A DNA stretch of 64,000 nucleotides from an uncultured Gammaproteobacteria bacterium (GTDB taxonomy: Bacteria > Patescibacteriota > Patescibacteriia > Magasanikbacterales > GWA2-37-8). Shown here piece by piece: positions 44,816 through 54,523 of this stretch. Within the stretch, counting starts at the first letter, position 1. Every line of letters begins with the position of its first letter. The DNA lies in NCBI GenBank assembly GCA_964596525.1, contig CAZQUL010000001.1:1276312-1340311 (forward strand), written 5' to 3'. A model generated the notes under the pieces. It worked only from the letters and a program-made list of their open reading frames with translations, was not told the origin of the DNA and ran no database searches. A program made the position numbers and the translations under genes.

Positions 44816-45136
44816 ATGTCCATGTTCAACAAACTCAAGCAATTCAAAGACCTTCGCGACCAGGCCAAAAAAATGCAGGAAATGCTCGGTGAAGAATCCG
44901 TAACCGTGAACGCGCTCGGCGGCGGCGTAGTGCTTACCATGGACGGTACGCTCCAGATTACCGGACTCGCCATCAACGACGAATACCTTAACCCGGCGAT
45001 GAAAGAAAAACTCGAAAAGGGTATCAAAGAGGCTCACGCCGATGCCATGAAACAAATCCAAAAAAATATCACTCTTAAGATGCAGCAGAGCGGTGATTTG
45101 AACTTGTCGAATTTGCTCGGCAGCAAAGAAAGCTAG
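44816..45136 (+). CDS. ybaB: YbaB/EbfC nucleoid-associated protein
   Basis: 106 aa; MFNKLKQFKDLRDQAKKMQEMLGEE...VTVNALGGGVVLTMDG. Confidence 0.85.
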   Translation: MSMFNKLKQFKDLRDQAKKMQEMLGEESVTVNALGGGVVLTMDGTLQITGLAINDEYLNPAMKEKLEKGIKEAHADAMKQIQKNITLKMQQSGDLNLSNLLGSKES

Positions 45137-45228
45137 ACACTCAAAAAACCTCGACTCGGAACGGAAAGGAGGCAGCAGATTTTTATTTTGGACACATCCA
45201 AGGACACACCACACCTGACTGCGCGAGT

Positions 45229-45831
45229 ATGTACTCCCCTTCCATCGACAACCTAATCCGCGAGCTCAAAAAGCTTCCCTCGGTCGGCGAGCATACAGCT
45301 GAACGTTTTGTGTTCCATTGGCTTAGAAGCGGCAAAAAGGACGTGGGTACAATGCTACAGGCGCTCAAAGATTTGATGGAGAATGTGAAAAGCTGCGAAA
45401 CATGCTGGACATTCAGCGACGCCTCGCCGTGCGGCATCTGCAATAATCCGAAGCGAGATAAAAGTACGTTGTGTGTAGTAGCGAACCCGCAAGATGTTGC
45501 CGCCCTCGAAGCGACGGGAAGTTTCGCGGGCGTGTACCACGTGCTGCGCGGCACACTCGAAGCGACCGAAGAAAATTCCGAGGAACGATTAAAAGTGAAA
45601 GAATTACTGAAGCGTCTGGCCGGCACGCCCACAGCGCAAGAAATCATTCTGGCACTCAACCCCAATTTACCTGGTGAAACGACGATGATGTATCTCACCG
45701 AACAGATCCGCGCTGCGCGGCCGGAGATAAAAATAACCCGCTTGGCACGCGGGCTTCCTATGGGGAGTGACATTCAGTACGCCGACGAAGTAACGCTTAC
45801 GAGCGCCCTGCGCAACCGGTTGCAAAGCTAA
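45229..45831 (+). CDS. recR: recombination protein RecR
   Basis: 200 aa; HhH N-terminus (LIRELKKLPSVGEHTAERF), C4 zinc finger (CETC...CGIC), Toprim (LCVVANPQDVAALE). Confidence 0.9.
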   Translation: MYSPSIDNLIRELKKLPSVGEHTAERFVFHWLRSGKKDVGTMLQALKDLMENVKSCETCWTFSDASPCGICNNPKRDKSTLCVVANPQDVAALEATGSFAGVYHVLRGTLEATEENSEERLKVKELLKRLAGTPTAQEIILALNPNLPGETTMMYLTEQIRAARPEIKITRLARGLPMGSDIQYADEVTLTSALRNRLQS

Positions 45832-45853
45832 AAATAGAATTATAGAATTGAAG

Positions 45854-45888
45854 AAGCGAACGGGATGACCGTTCGCTTTTGGTTTTTT
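45854..45888 (+). terminator. rho-independent terminator of recR; hairpin sequence repeated at 46839-46857
   Basis: AAGCGAACGG-gatga-CCGTTCGCTTTTGGTTTTTTT. Confidence 0.65.
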
Positions 45889-45897
45889 TGAGATCGA

Positions 45898-46311
45898 CTA
45901 CTTGGCCGGAGCAACCGGAAGAACAAAGCAGTGGCGGATGGGTGCGGCCTCGGGGAGAGCGAGCGGTGCAGCACAGTCGCTGAGCTCTCGAAAGTAGGTG
46001 TGGTGGAAGAGTCCGCCAACACAAAATTTTGAGGCACACGTCCGTGCGTCTAAACGGAAACGGTAGTCGTGGACATCGAAAGATCCCTGGCATGCAGTCG
46101 CGGCTGCGCGGAGATTTTTTTCCTCTTGGAGAGAACACCGCGGAACAAAGACGGTACACACGACCACCCCAACGACGAGCAGGATCAGTCCGTACTTCGG
46201 CTTGAATTCGGGAATGTCTCCCGAATAAAAGCAAAATAAACCCGAAACTCCCACCAGCCCCACGAGCATTCCTACGGCAACACCAATCTTCATCTGCGTT
46301 TCGTATGCCAT
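45898..46311 (-). CDS. hypothetical small membrane protein (137 aa)
   Basis: Two TM helices, then a Cys-containing soluble tail. Confidence 0.4.
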   Translation of the reverse strand: MAYETQMKIGVAVGMLVGLVGVSGLFCFYSGDIPEFKPKYGLILLVVGVVVCTVFVPRCSLQEEKNLRAAATACQGSFDVHDYRFRLDARTCASKFCVGGLFHHTYFRELSDCAAPLALPEAAPIRHCFVLPVAPAK

Positions 46312-46332
46312 GGAATACCTCCTTTTTTGCGA

Positions 46333-46716
46333 CTAGCGCTGGCACTCCAGGTTCATTGCCACCCGGGGCAAAGTAAGCGGCGGCGAGCAGGTCACCTGCC
46401 AGCCATCATTTTCCTCAACTACACGGCAGGTTTTTGCCGGGAGATGAAAACCAACCATGGTCGCCGTGATCTGCCCCTTACAGTAAAGCTGGACGGTCGT
46501 GGGTTTGGGCGGATCAATCTTCAGCTGGCCGGAAAAACCCCATGCAAAGGAACCGAATGCAGCAGCAAGACTCAGGACACAAAGAAAAGCCAAAGAGACC
46601 GCCTTGGGCATAGAGAGCTCAACCGAACTTCTCAGCCGGAGGTAGCAGGCCGTAGAAACACCTACAGACGCTACCACTCCAAGCAAGCCGAACAGCAAAG
46701 GATTGTTGCCAAACAT
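46333..46716 (-). CDS. hypothetical small membrane protein (127 aa)
   Basis: N-terminal TM helices, then a Cys-containing extracytoplasmic domain. Confidence 0.4.
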   Translation of the reverse strand: MFGNNPLLFGLLGVVASVGVSTACYLRLRSSVELSMPKAVSLAFLCVLSLAAAFGSFAWGFSGQLKIDPPKPTTVQLYCKGQITATMVGFHLPAKTCRVVEENDGWQVTCSPPLTLPRVAMNLECQR

Positions 46717-46838
46717 CGTTTACCGCCTTTCTTTTCAACGATCAGGGTTCATGCCGGGCTGGAAACGTCTCCAACCCAAAGATTGAGCATGACAGATGAC
46801 TTTACGGGAGATGGGTTAAAAGGTCAAGAATTCAAAAA

Positions 46839-46857
46839 CGAACGGCATGACCGTTCG
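46839..46857 (-). terminator. hairpin terminator, near-identical copy of the recR terminator stem
   Basis: CGAACGG-catga-CCGTTCG, with a T-run on the minus strand. Confidence 0.5.
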
Positions 46858-46881
46858 CTGAGAAGAAACGCTACTCAAGTT

Positions 46882-47121
46882 TCAAGGCTGTACGCAAGAA
46901 TTCTGTACATGAGAGCTTGGGCAGGCCGCTCTTTTCTCGCGCATATCGCTCAGAAGCGTCGCAAGCACAATGCTGATAAGGAGGCAGTACAAACCGTAAA
47001 AAGCTTGCCGAACATCTTTGGAGCGTACAGCCCGCACCACGCCGTATACACCAGCCAAAAAACAGATTAGGGAAAGACCGTATAGCACGAACAGAACTAC
47101 TTTCATCAGCACGACCACCAT
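46882..47121 (-). CDS. hypothetical small membrane protein (79 aa, 2 TM)
   Basis: MVVVLMKVVLFVLYGLSLICFLAGVYGVV...LYCLLISIVLATLL. Confidence 0.35.
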   Translation of the reverse strand: MVVVLMKVVLFVLYGLSLICFLAGVYGVVRAVRSKDVRQAFYGLYCLLISIVLATLLSDMREKRAACPSSHVQNSCVQP

Positions 47122-47205
47122 CCTTTCTATGGATTCTACTCAGAAGCGGGAGTACGCTTCATAATGCCTGTATCCTAGTGATTGGGACAAAAGATGTCAA
47201 TCACA

Positions 47206-48429
47206 TCATTCTTTACGCAGCGCATCGATCGGATTCAAACTGGCTGCTTTTTTGGCAGGATAAAGACCAAAAATAAACCCGATAAGTGCGGAAAAGCCCA
47301 CAGCCAGTACAACGGACTGGAGCGGAATGCTATACACCCATGCAAGACCAAAATTGATGGCCAAGGCGTAGACAAGATAGGCGAGCAGCGCACCCACGAC
47401 AACGCCGACTGCACCGCCGCCGAGCGTAATGAAAATGGCTTCGTACAAAAACTGCATGAGCACGTCGCGGCGACGGGCGCCGAGCGCTTTGCGCAGACCG
47501 ATTTCAAACGTGCGCTCGGCCACCGAAACGTACATGATGTTCATAATGCCGACACCACCGACGACGAGCGATACAGCAACGAGCGCAACCAAAAGGAACG
47601 TAACGCCTTTAGCAATATCCCCTACCGCGGTTGCCGCTTGATCGACGGTCTGCACCTCAAAATCATCGCGCGCTGGATCGGTGATACTGTGATTTTCGCG
47701 CATGATTTCCTGCAGATCGAGAATCGTACTATCGACTTTGCTCATGTCGCGGAATTTGCCAGCAATGGATATATAATGATCGATACCGAGCAGTTTACGC
47801 TGGAGAGTTTTACCCGGCAAAATCATTATGCTATCCAGATCGAAGAAAAACGCCGCGCCGCGCGGGCTGAGCGCACCCACGACGCGGAATGGTTTACCGC
47901 GGACGTAAATAGTCTTACCCACCGGATCTTCGTCACCGAAAAACTGTTCGCGGACTTTGGAACCAAGCACTACGACGTTCGCAAGCGAGTCTTCTTCGTC
48001 ATGATCGAAAAATCGGCCGACCGCTAGGTCCATTTTTTCTACCTCGGGAGTATCGGCACCCTGGCCAAAGAGAATGACACGTTTGAGCTCGCTGCCGTAA
48101 CTCACCACTTCTTGACTCGTGAGTGTTCCGTAGGCAGCGACAATATTGGGGTGCTTGCGGATATCCTCCACATCAGCTTCTTTCATGGTAGTAACGACAA
48201 TACCCGAACTGCCAAAAGAACCGCGATTTGGAACGCGTGTTTCGATATTGAAGGTATCGCTACCAAAGACGTCAAGTTGACCCAGAATGAGGCGCTCCAT
48301 CCCCTTTCCTGCAGCCATAATCATAATGACAGCCGCAATACCGATGGCAATAGCGAGCATGGTAAGAACGGTACGCGTAAGCTGGTGGCGGAGCGATGCG
48401 ACGGCAAGTGAGGTATAGATGGAAAACAT
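47206..48429 (-). CDS. ABC transporter permease, MacB/FtsX family (permease 2)
   Basis: 407 aa; N-terminal TM, large periplasmic MacB_PCD-like domain, C-terminal FtsX 3-TM bundle. Confidence 0.85.
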   Translation of the reverse strand: MFSIYTSLAVASLRHQLTRTVLTMLAIAIGIAAVIMIMAAGKGMERLILGQLDVFGSDTFNIETRVPNRGSFGSSGIVVTTMKEADVEDIRKHPNIVAAYGTLTSQEVVSYGSELKRVILFGQGADTPEVEKMDLAVGRFFDHDEEDSLANVVVLGSKVREQFFGDEDPVGKTIYVRGKPFRVVGALSPRGAAFFFDLDSIMILPGKTLQRKLLGIDHYISIAGKFRDMSKVDSTILDLQEIMRENHSITDPARDDFEVQTVDQAATAVGDIAKGVTFLLVALVAVSLVVGGVGIMNIMYVSVAERTFEIGLRKALGARRRDVLMQFLYEAIFITLGGGAVGVVVGALLAYLVYALAINFGLAWVYSIPLQSVVLAVGFSALIGFIFGLYPAKKAASLNPIDALRKE

Positions 48430-48438
48430 ACAAGGCGA

Positions 48439-49680
48439 TTATTCGTAGCGGAGAGCTTCGATGGGATCGAGCCGACTAGCACGACGGGCCGGGATGATCC
48501 CAAAAACGAACCCGATAGCCGCTGAGATGCCCGTACCAAGAATGATGGAATATGGCGGAATGACAAAGTCCCAGGCATACCCGAAATGAATTGCGAGAGT
48601 AGCGGCCAACCATGAAATAAGGGCGCCCAAAAGAATGCCCAAAACGCCACCACAGATGGTAATAAAAATAGTTTCAACGAGAAACTGCACAATGATGTGC
48701 GAGGTGCGTGCCCCGAGCGCTTTGCGCAAACCGATTTCTTTGGTGCGCTCCTGCACGGCCGCGAGCATGATGTTCATAATGCCGATACCACCGACAAGCA
48801 GTGAGATTGCCGAAATAGCGGTAAGAAAGAGCTGCAACGCACTCGTGATTTGGGTAAGCACTTCGAGTCCTTGGTTGGTCGAGCGGACACTGAAATCATC
48901 TTCGGATGGCGAGAGAATATCGTGGCGGTCACGGAGCACAGCCTTTATTTCTTCAATGGCAACTTCAGTGTTTTCGGGTGTATCGATTTTGAAACGGATA
49001 AAGTTGACGTAGTTAATACCCAGAAGAAGTTTTTGTGCAGCCGTAACAGGCACGAGGATCTGGTCATCCTGGTTCTGAAAACCGCTCGTACCACGTTTTT
49101 TGAGTACGCCGATGATGGTGAAGTTGGTTTTTTTGAGCTTGATCTGCTGCCCGAGCGGATCAGCCTGATCGCCAAAAAGATTGTCGGCCACTTCGCTCCC
49201 GATGACCGCGACGCGGGCCGTGGTGCGATCTTCTTCTTCGCTGAAAAAACGCCCGCGCTCAACGACCGAGCTTTCCACATTCAAATAGTCGCTTCCTACG
49301 CCGACAAAGGTTGTGTCAGTCTTATTTTCACGCCAGGTAATGGTTTCGGAACCGCGGACGTAGGGCGTCATAGCAGTAATGCCGGGAATGCCGGCTTTCA
49401 TTACGGCACGGCCATCGTCGTGTGTAAGACTCGTGATGACAATGCCGAACGCAGCGGTTGGCGGCCCATTTTCTTCGGACTGGCCAGGCAAGACAGCGAT
49501 AAGGTTTGATCCAAGACTTTTTACCTGGTTGAGGATAAGGCTTTCTGCACCTTTGCCGACTGAGATGATAATGATCATACTCATAACCCCGATGATGATG
49601 CCGAGCATGGTCAAAAAGGAACGCACTTTATTGCGCATCAGAATCGACCAGGCGGTAAGGATGTTTTCTATAAAAATCAT
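48439..49680 (-). CDS. ABC transporter permease, MacB/FtsX family (permease 1)
   Basis: Start placed at MIFIENILTAWSILMRNKVRSFLTMLGIIIGV (parallels the permease-2 N-terminus); the 569-aa ORF N-terminal extension is Ser/Arg-rich, non-native and overlaps the opposite-strand gene. Confidence 0.75.
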   Translation of the reverse strand: MIFIENILTAWSILMRNKVRSFLTMLGIIIGVMSMIIIISVGKGAESLILNQVKSLGSNLIAVLPGQSEENGPPTAAFGIVITSLTHDDGRAVMKAGIPGITAMTPYVRGSETITWRENKTDTTFVGVGSDYLNVESSVVERGRFFSEEEDRTTARVAVIGSEVADNLFGDQADPLGQQIKLKKTNFTIIGVLKKRGTSGFQNQDDQILVPVTAAQKLLLGINYVNFIRFKIDTPENTEVAIEEIKAVLRDRHDILSPSEDDFSVRSTNQGLEVLTQITSALQLFLTAISAISLLVGGIGIMNIMLAAVQERTKEIGLRKALGARTSHIIVQFLVETIFITICGGVLGILLGALISWLAATLAIHFGYAWDFVIPPYSIILGTGISAAIGFVFGIIPARRASRLDPIEALRYE

Positions 49681-49692
49681 AAGGGTGCGTAA

Positions 49693-49721
49693 TTGACAAG
49701 GCTTAAATGACGGTGTTACAT
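49693..49721 (+). promoter_or_regulatory. sigma70-type promoter for the 150-aa plus-strand gene
   Basis: TTGACA - 17 nt - TTACAT, followed by AAAGGAGG. Confidence 0.45.
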
Positions 49722-49738
49722 GAAAAAGGAGGTTGAAC

Positions 49739-50191
49739 ATGTCGGATACTATCACTGCCCAACCGGTAAAAACGCCTTTCTTCACGCCGGAAACGATTCG
49801 TTCGCTCGATGAGCTCCGCGAGGAGATGGAGCGGCTCAAGAAGCTGAGCGATGCGCTTCTCGAGCCCTTGTTTGATCTGGCCCACATCGACAGGGAAGGA
49901 GAGCTCGACGATGCGGTCCGCACGCACTCCGCGGTAAGCGTGGATGAAGCGCGCACCAGCATTGAACGCAGCTTGCTGGGGCAGGACAGCCTTGGTGTGC
50001 CCTGCGAAATCATTCCGCCCCAAGAGAAGAAGATCCCTCCTCCCATGCTCAGTGAATTAGTGCGCACTATCACGCGCGAGGTCACAAACCTCAATTCGCA
50101 GCTCGAAACCGGATCTACCCTCGCCCGCCATGCGGATGTGGTATTCACCGAAGTAGAGCGGGTTTCCGGCCTTACCCACGAGACCTTCTGA
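49739..50191 (+). CDS. hypothetical soluble protein inserted on the opposite strand within the MacB-type ABC cluster
   Basis: 150 aa; strong RBS AAAGGAGG; acidic coiled-coil-like; no motif recognised. Confidence 0.5.
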   Translation: MSDTITAQPVKTPFFTPETIRSLDELREEMERLKKLSDALLEPLFDLAHIDREGELDDAVRTHSAVSVDEARTSIERSLLGQDSLGVPCEIIPPQEKKIPPPMLSELVRTITREVTNLNSQLETGSTLARHADVVFTEVERVSGLTHETF

Positions 50192-50246
50192 AAATATCCG
50201 CTTAGACAGACCGGCAGAACGGTCCCACCGATCGTCTGGCGGTTTT

Positions 50247-50975
50247 TTATTTGGCCAGATCGCCACCTTCTTTAATAAGGCGACGTTCAGCAACCGCAAC
50301 ATCACGCGTGATAGTGCCATCGCGGATTTCGAGGATACGGCGAGCATGCTCGGCAGTCGAGCGTTCGTGGGTAACAAGGATGATGGTGTGACCCTGACTG
50401 TTGAGGTCTTGTAGGATTTTCATCACCTGCGCACCAGATTTGGAATCCAGGTTGCCGGTCGGTTCGTCGGCAAAAATGATATCCGGGTTGCCAATAAGGG
50501 CGCGGGCGATGGCGACACGCTGCTTTTCACCACCCGAAAGTTTGGCCGGTGTATTGCCGAGGCGGTGGCTCAAACCCACGGCGCCAAGGAGTTTTTCGGC
50601 GCGCGTTTTACGCTCAGCAGCGCTTACGCCCGGGGTGTACAAAAGCGGCAGCATGACGTTTTCAAGCGCCGTGGAGCGGGCCAGCAGGTTGAAGGCTTGG
50701 AACACGAAACCCACGCGGAGGTTGCGCATGGCAGCGAGTTCGTCATCGGTAAGGCGGCTCACGTCTTTACCGTCGAAGATATAAGCTCCAGCGGTCGGCG
50801 TGTCGAGAAAACCGAGAATATGCATGAGCGTCGATTTGCCCGAACCGCTCGGGCCCATGATGGCGACGAACTCGCCTTTGTCGATGGTGAAATTAATGGT
50901 CTTGAGAACCGGCGTAACCACGTCGCCGTTGACGTAATCTTTTACTAAATCTTTGACCTCGATAAGGTGAGGCAT
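50247..50975 (-). CDS. ABC transporter ATP-binding protein, MacB/LolD/FtsE type
   Basis: 242 aa; [10 protein letters not shown] (Walker A), [15 protein letters not shown] (signature), [12 protein letters not shown] (Walker B), H-loop TILVTHE. Confidence 0.9.
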   Translation of the reverse strand: MPHLIEVKDLVKDYVNGDVVTPVLKTINFTIDKGEFVAIMGPSGSGKSTLMHILGFLDTPTAGAYIFDGKDVSRLTDDELAAMRNLRVGFVFQAFNLLARSTALENVMLPLLYTPGVSAAERKTRAEKLLGAVGLSHRLGNTPAKLSGGEKQRVAIARALIGNPDIIFADEPTGNLDSKSGAQVMKILQDLNSQGHTIILVTHERSTAEHARRILEIRDGTITRDVAVAERRLIKEGGDLAK

Positions 50976-51026
50976 ACGGAATGCTTAGAGACAAACAAGT
51001 ATGCGCCGAACATAGCGCTCGTACGC

Positions 51027-52730
51027 TTACATTTCTGCTACGGTCTCGATCGTGAGAACGTCCAAGGCCGTGACAAGTACCGTTCTAACCGCTCCGGCGA
51101 GGGTAAGCCGGGCTTTCGAAAGCGCTTTCTCAGAACCGAGAATGGGGCACTGGGCATACCAGTCATTGAAGGCTTGGGCGAGATCGAAGCAGTATTTAGC
51201 GACGACCGAGGGGTTGTAAGCAAGAAAGGCCTTCTCGAGGATATCCGGAAAACTCGAAAGCATGAGGGCAAGCCTCTTTTCGGTCGGGGCAGAGAGCAAA
51301 TCAAGGTTAGAATTTTCCAGCGAAGACGTTTCGGACTGAGCTTTGCGGAAGATACTATTGATGCGCGCGACGGAATATAAGATGTAAGGCGCACTCATCC
51401 CTTCGAAACTGACCGCCTCGTCGAGATTGAACACGATATTCTTGGCAGCTTCGTGTTTTTGCATGTTGTATTTGAGAACGGCCAACGTTAGCTTGAGGGT
51501 CGTGCTCTGGATTTTTTCTTCCGGCCAGTCAGCATGACGGGCGGTCATTTCATGCTTGAGACGCTCAAAAACCTGATCTCGGAGATCCTCGTATAAAATG
51601 ACGGTGCCTGCGCGTGAGGACATCTTGCCTTCAGGGAGCATGACAAGGCCGTAGCTCACATGCGTCATTTTTTTGTTGAATCCGGCGAGCTCGAGGATTT
51701 TGAAGAGCTGCTTGAATTGGAAATTCTGCTCGAGTCCGGTGATACAGATGCTTTCGGTAATATCGTAACGCGCGAATTTTTCTTCGGCGAGCGCCAAATC
51801 GCTCGTGATATAAAGACCGGCACCGGTCGACTTGCGCAAGAGAACGGTATCCAACTTATAGGCGGAAAGATCCGCAATGATCGCCCCCCGCTCCCCGACC
51901 GTGGCGATGCCTTTAGCGAGAAGTTCGTCGACGACCTGCTGTCCGCGGTCCTTGAGATCGCTTTCAAAAAAAACCCTGGCATGCTCGATCGCGAGCTCGG
52001 CATTGAGGCGTTTGAATCCTTCCAAACTCCAGGCGCGGGTCTCTTCAAAGAGCGCAAAAACCGACGGATCGCGCGCTTCGAGTTTAAGTTGCAGATCATC
52101 CACCTCACCCTGACACTCCGGATGATCTTTGAGATAATTATTAGCTTCGGCGTACACCTGCCCGAGCCAGCGCTGTTTATTTTCGGGTGGTGTTTCGCCA
52201 CCATGGAATTTACGGAGTCCCCAGAGGCATTTGACCACGTGGGCGCCGAAATCGTTCAGATAGTTGACCGGCGTCACGCCGTAACCGGCCTTGGCGAACA
52301 GTTTGACAAGCGTATTGCCGATACAGACGTTGCGCAAATGGCCGATGTGGAATTCTTTGTGGGTATTATTCGACGGATACTCGATGAGAACGTTTGCCGG
52401 ATTCTCAAGGTGTTTTGATCCGAATCGTTCGCCGCTTTGAGCGATCTCGCCAAGCACGATCTGCGCTACTTTTCCGGCATTAAACGTGAAATTTAAAAAT
52501 GGGCCAGCAGATGAAACAGTCTCCACTAGACCGCCAATCAAGCCTTGCGCCGTACGAGCAAGTTCACTCGCAACCAGAGCGGGGTTTTTCCCCTGCTTCT
52601 TAGCCAGCTCAAAACAAGGAATAGCCACATCCCCCATCTCAGGATTGGGCGGCGTGGAACAGGGAGTGTCGGAAGGCAAGTTGAGAGCGGTAAGAAATTT
52701 CTTGAGTTCGTTATCGAGTACAGGAGACAT
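51027..52730 (-). CDS. argS: arginyl-tRNA synthetase
   Basis: 567 aa; class I HIGH motif (SNNTHKEFHIGHLRN), Add-1 N-terminal domain, DALR C-terminal domain. Confidence 0.9.
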   Translation of the reverse strand: MSPVLDNELKKFLTALNLPSDTPCSTPPNPEMGDVAIPCFELAKKQGKNPALVASELARTAQGLIGGLVETVSSAGPFLNFTFNAGKVAQIVLGEIAQSGERFGSKHLENPANVLIEYPSNNTHKEFHIGHLRNVCIGNTLVKLFAKAGYGVTPVNYLNDFGAHVVKCLWGLRKFHGGETPPENKQRWLGQVYAEANNYLKDHPECQGEVDDLQLKLEARDPSVFALFEETRAWSLEGFKRLNAELAIEHARVFFESDLKDRGQQVVDELLAKGIATVGERGAIIADLSAYKLDTVLLRKSTGAGLYITSDLALAEEKFARYDITESICITGLEQNFQFKQLFKILELAGFNKKMTHVSYGLVMLPEGKMSSRAGTVILYEDLRDQVFERLKHEMTARHADWPEEKIQSTTLKLTLAVLKYNMQKHEAAKNIVFNLDEAVSFEGMSAPYILYSVARINSIFRKAQSETSSLENSNLDLLSAPTEKRLALMLSSFPDILEKAFLAYNPSVVAKYCFDLAQAFNDWYAQCPILGSEKALSKARLTLAGAVRTVLVTALDVLTIETVAEM

Positions 52731-52758
52731 ATTTTAATATAATGTCTTTGCGAGGAGC

Positions 52759-52857
52759 GTAGCGACGAAGCCCGTCCGCCATGGCAGCAAGGCGTGCCGG
52801 GCGGGCTTCATCGCTCATTCTTCGCTCCTCGCAAAGACATATTTATTGACATGAACG
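52759..52857. repeat. about 100-bp palindromic (MITE-like) element, copy 2
   Basis: 18-bp perfect terminal inverted repeat ATGTCTTTGCGAGGAGCG / CGCTCCTCGCAAAGACAT with an imperfectly palindromic interior; termini match copy 1 (TGTCWTTGCGAG...CTCGCAAWGACA). Confidence 0.55.
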
Positions 52858-52895
52858 GAATGCTGTGAGACCGTACGGTACGAAAGCGAGGCAGC

Positions 52896-53204
52896 ATGAG
52901 TTCTTTACTCAACGCGATCGAGAGCCGATACCTTGACCGACGCGTCGGCGAGGAAACGGTGTTTGAAGATTATTCTCTTGTCAAGAGCGGCGATAAACTG
53001 GTAGTGGTTGTACATAGCTATAATGCCATTTCTGAAGCGGAATTCTGGGAATGGTACCAGATGAACGAGGCTCTTGGAAAACCGTGGCCACCCGTGGGCG
53101 CTGCGCGCGCCCAGGTTTATTTCAACGGCGTCTGCGAAGTTCCACATGCCGTCGAGAAGCTCTTGGAGCACGGGCAGCTCGTCGGCCGCTTTCCACCAGA
53201 GTAA
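52896..53204 (+). CDS. hypothetical protein
   Basis: 102 aa; no TM helices; no motif recognised. Confidence 0.4.
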   Translation: MSSLLNAIESRYLDRRVGEETVFEDYSLVKSGDKLVVVVHSYNAISEAEFWEWYQMNEALGKPWPPVGAARAQVYFNGVCEVPHAVEKLLEHGQLVGRFPPE

Positions 53205-53232
53205 CGTAACGAGTGCTCACCGAGCCCTCGTT

Positions 53233-54408
53233 TTATTGTATCCGCACGAAATGCCGACTCCCCTTTTGCACCACATCGCCCTTCGCCACTTTTTCATCGA
53301 TCAGCGAGACTTTGCGCTCACCGATTTTCACGCCGCCCTGGGCGATTACCTGGCGCGCTTCACTCTTACTCTTTACGAAGCCGGCTTCGAGGAGAACGGT
53401 GACGATGTCCGGGGCAGAAGGAGTGAGCAGGGCCATTTCATCGGGAACTTCTTTTTTAGAGAACGTTTTGACGAAGGATTCTTCCGCTTGAACCGCTGCT
53501 TTGGAAGAATGATACATTTTTACGAGCTCGAAGGCGAGCTTCATTTTGATATCGCGCGGGTTGGCGCCGCCCCGAAGCGCGCTTTCATAGTCTTTTACTT
53601 CATCAAGCGGTACGCGCGTAACGAGAGTAAAATATTTGATCACCAGATCATCGCGCAACGCCATCACCTTGCCGTACATGTCGGCAGGCTCGGCTGCAAG
53701 ATTGATGGTATTCCCCCAGCTCGAGCTCATCTTACGCCCATCAAGACCTTCGATAAGGGGACCCATGACGATGCTTTGCGACTCCTGGTTGTAACGCTCC
53801 TGGAGTTTACGTCCGGCGAGCAAATTGAAGCGCTGATCAGTGCCGCCGAGCTCAACATCGGCTTTGACGGCCACGGAATCATACCCTTGCATGATCGGAT
53901 AGAGAACTTCGCGCAGCGACACGCGCGTGCCCGCATCGAGACGGCGGCGGATATTATCGCGCGCGATGAACTCAGCCACCGAAAAACAATCTGCCTGTTC
54001 CCCGATTTCGCGGTAAGTCAATTTGTCGAGCCAGGTACTGTTATAATGGATTTCGGCTTTGTCGAGATCGATAATCTTGCCGGCCTGCTCAGTATAATGC
54101 CGCATGTTTTCTTCGATTGTTTGGCGCGTGAGCATGGGACGTTCACTGTCTTTATCGGACGTGTCGCCGATAACGCCCGTAAAATCGCCGACGATGAAAA
54201 CGACCTGGTGACCAAGCTCCTGAAAATCGCGCAGCTTAAGGAGCGGGATGGACCGGCCGAGGTGGATGTTCGGGCTCGTCGGATCAATGCCGAGTTTGAC
54301 GCGCACTTGTTTCTTGGCTTTGAGCTGGGCTTCGAGTTCGTCTCGGCCGATGATTTCTTCGACGCCACGGGTAAGAAGATCCGCCGAGTGGCGAGCGGAT
54401 GAGGGCAT
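53233..54408 (-). CDS. tyrS: tyrosyl-tRNA synthetase (with C-terminal S4 domain)
   Basis: 391 aa; HIGH-type GIDPTSPNIHLGR, KMSKS-type KMSSS, C-terminal S4-like SKSEARQVIAQGGVKIGERKV. Confidence 0.85.
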   Translation of the reverse strand: MPSSARHSADLLTRGVEEIIGRDELEAQLKAKKQVRVKLGIDPTSPNIHLGRSIPLLKLRDFQELGHQVVFIVGDFTGVIGDTSDKDSERPMLTRQTIEENMRHYTEQAGKIIDLDKAEIHYNSTWLDKLTYREIGEQADCFSVAEFIARDNIRRRLDAGTRVSLREVLYPIMQGYDSVAVKADVELGGTDQRFNLLAGRKLQERYNQESQSIVMGPLIEGLDGRKMSSSWGNTINLAAEPADMYGKVMALRDDLVIKYFTLVTRVPLDEVKDYESALRGGANPRDIKMKLAFELVKMYHSSKAAVQAEESFVKTFSKKEVPDEMALLTPSAPDIVTVLLEAGFVKSKSEARQVIAQGGVKIGERKVSLIDEKVAKGDVVQKGSRHFVRIQ

Positions 54409-54523
54409 ATGCTAAGAAGAGAAAAATATGGCTGTATTTAACTAAAATATTGACAAAAAGTCAAAAGATCAGTATGTTTTCCAGTCGGGTTACGTACCGA
54501 CCCCGAAAAACCAGGAGGACCCC

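Noticed and set aside
48439-50148. 569-aa version of permease 1
   Set aside because: The N-terminal 156 residues are Ser/Arg-rich, lack similarity to the paralogous permease and overlap the opposite-strand 150-aa gene; internal start MIFIENIL... parallels permease 2.
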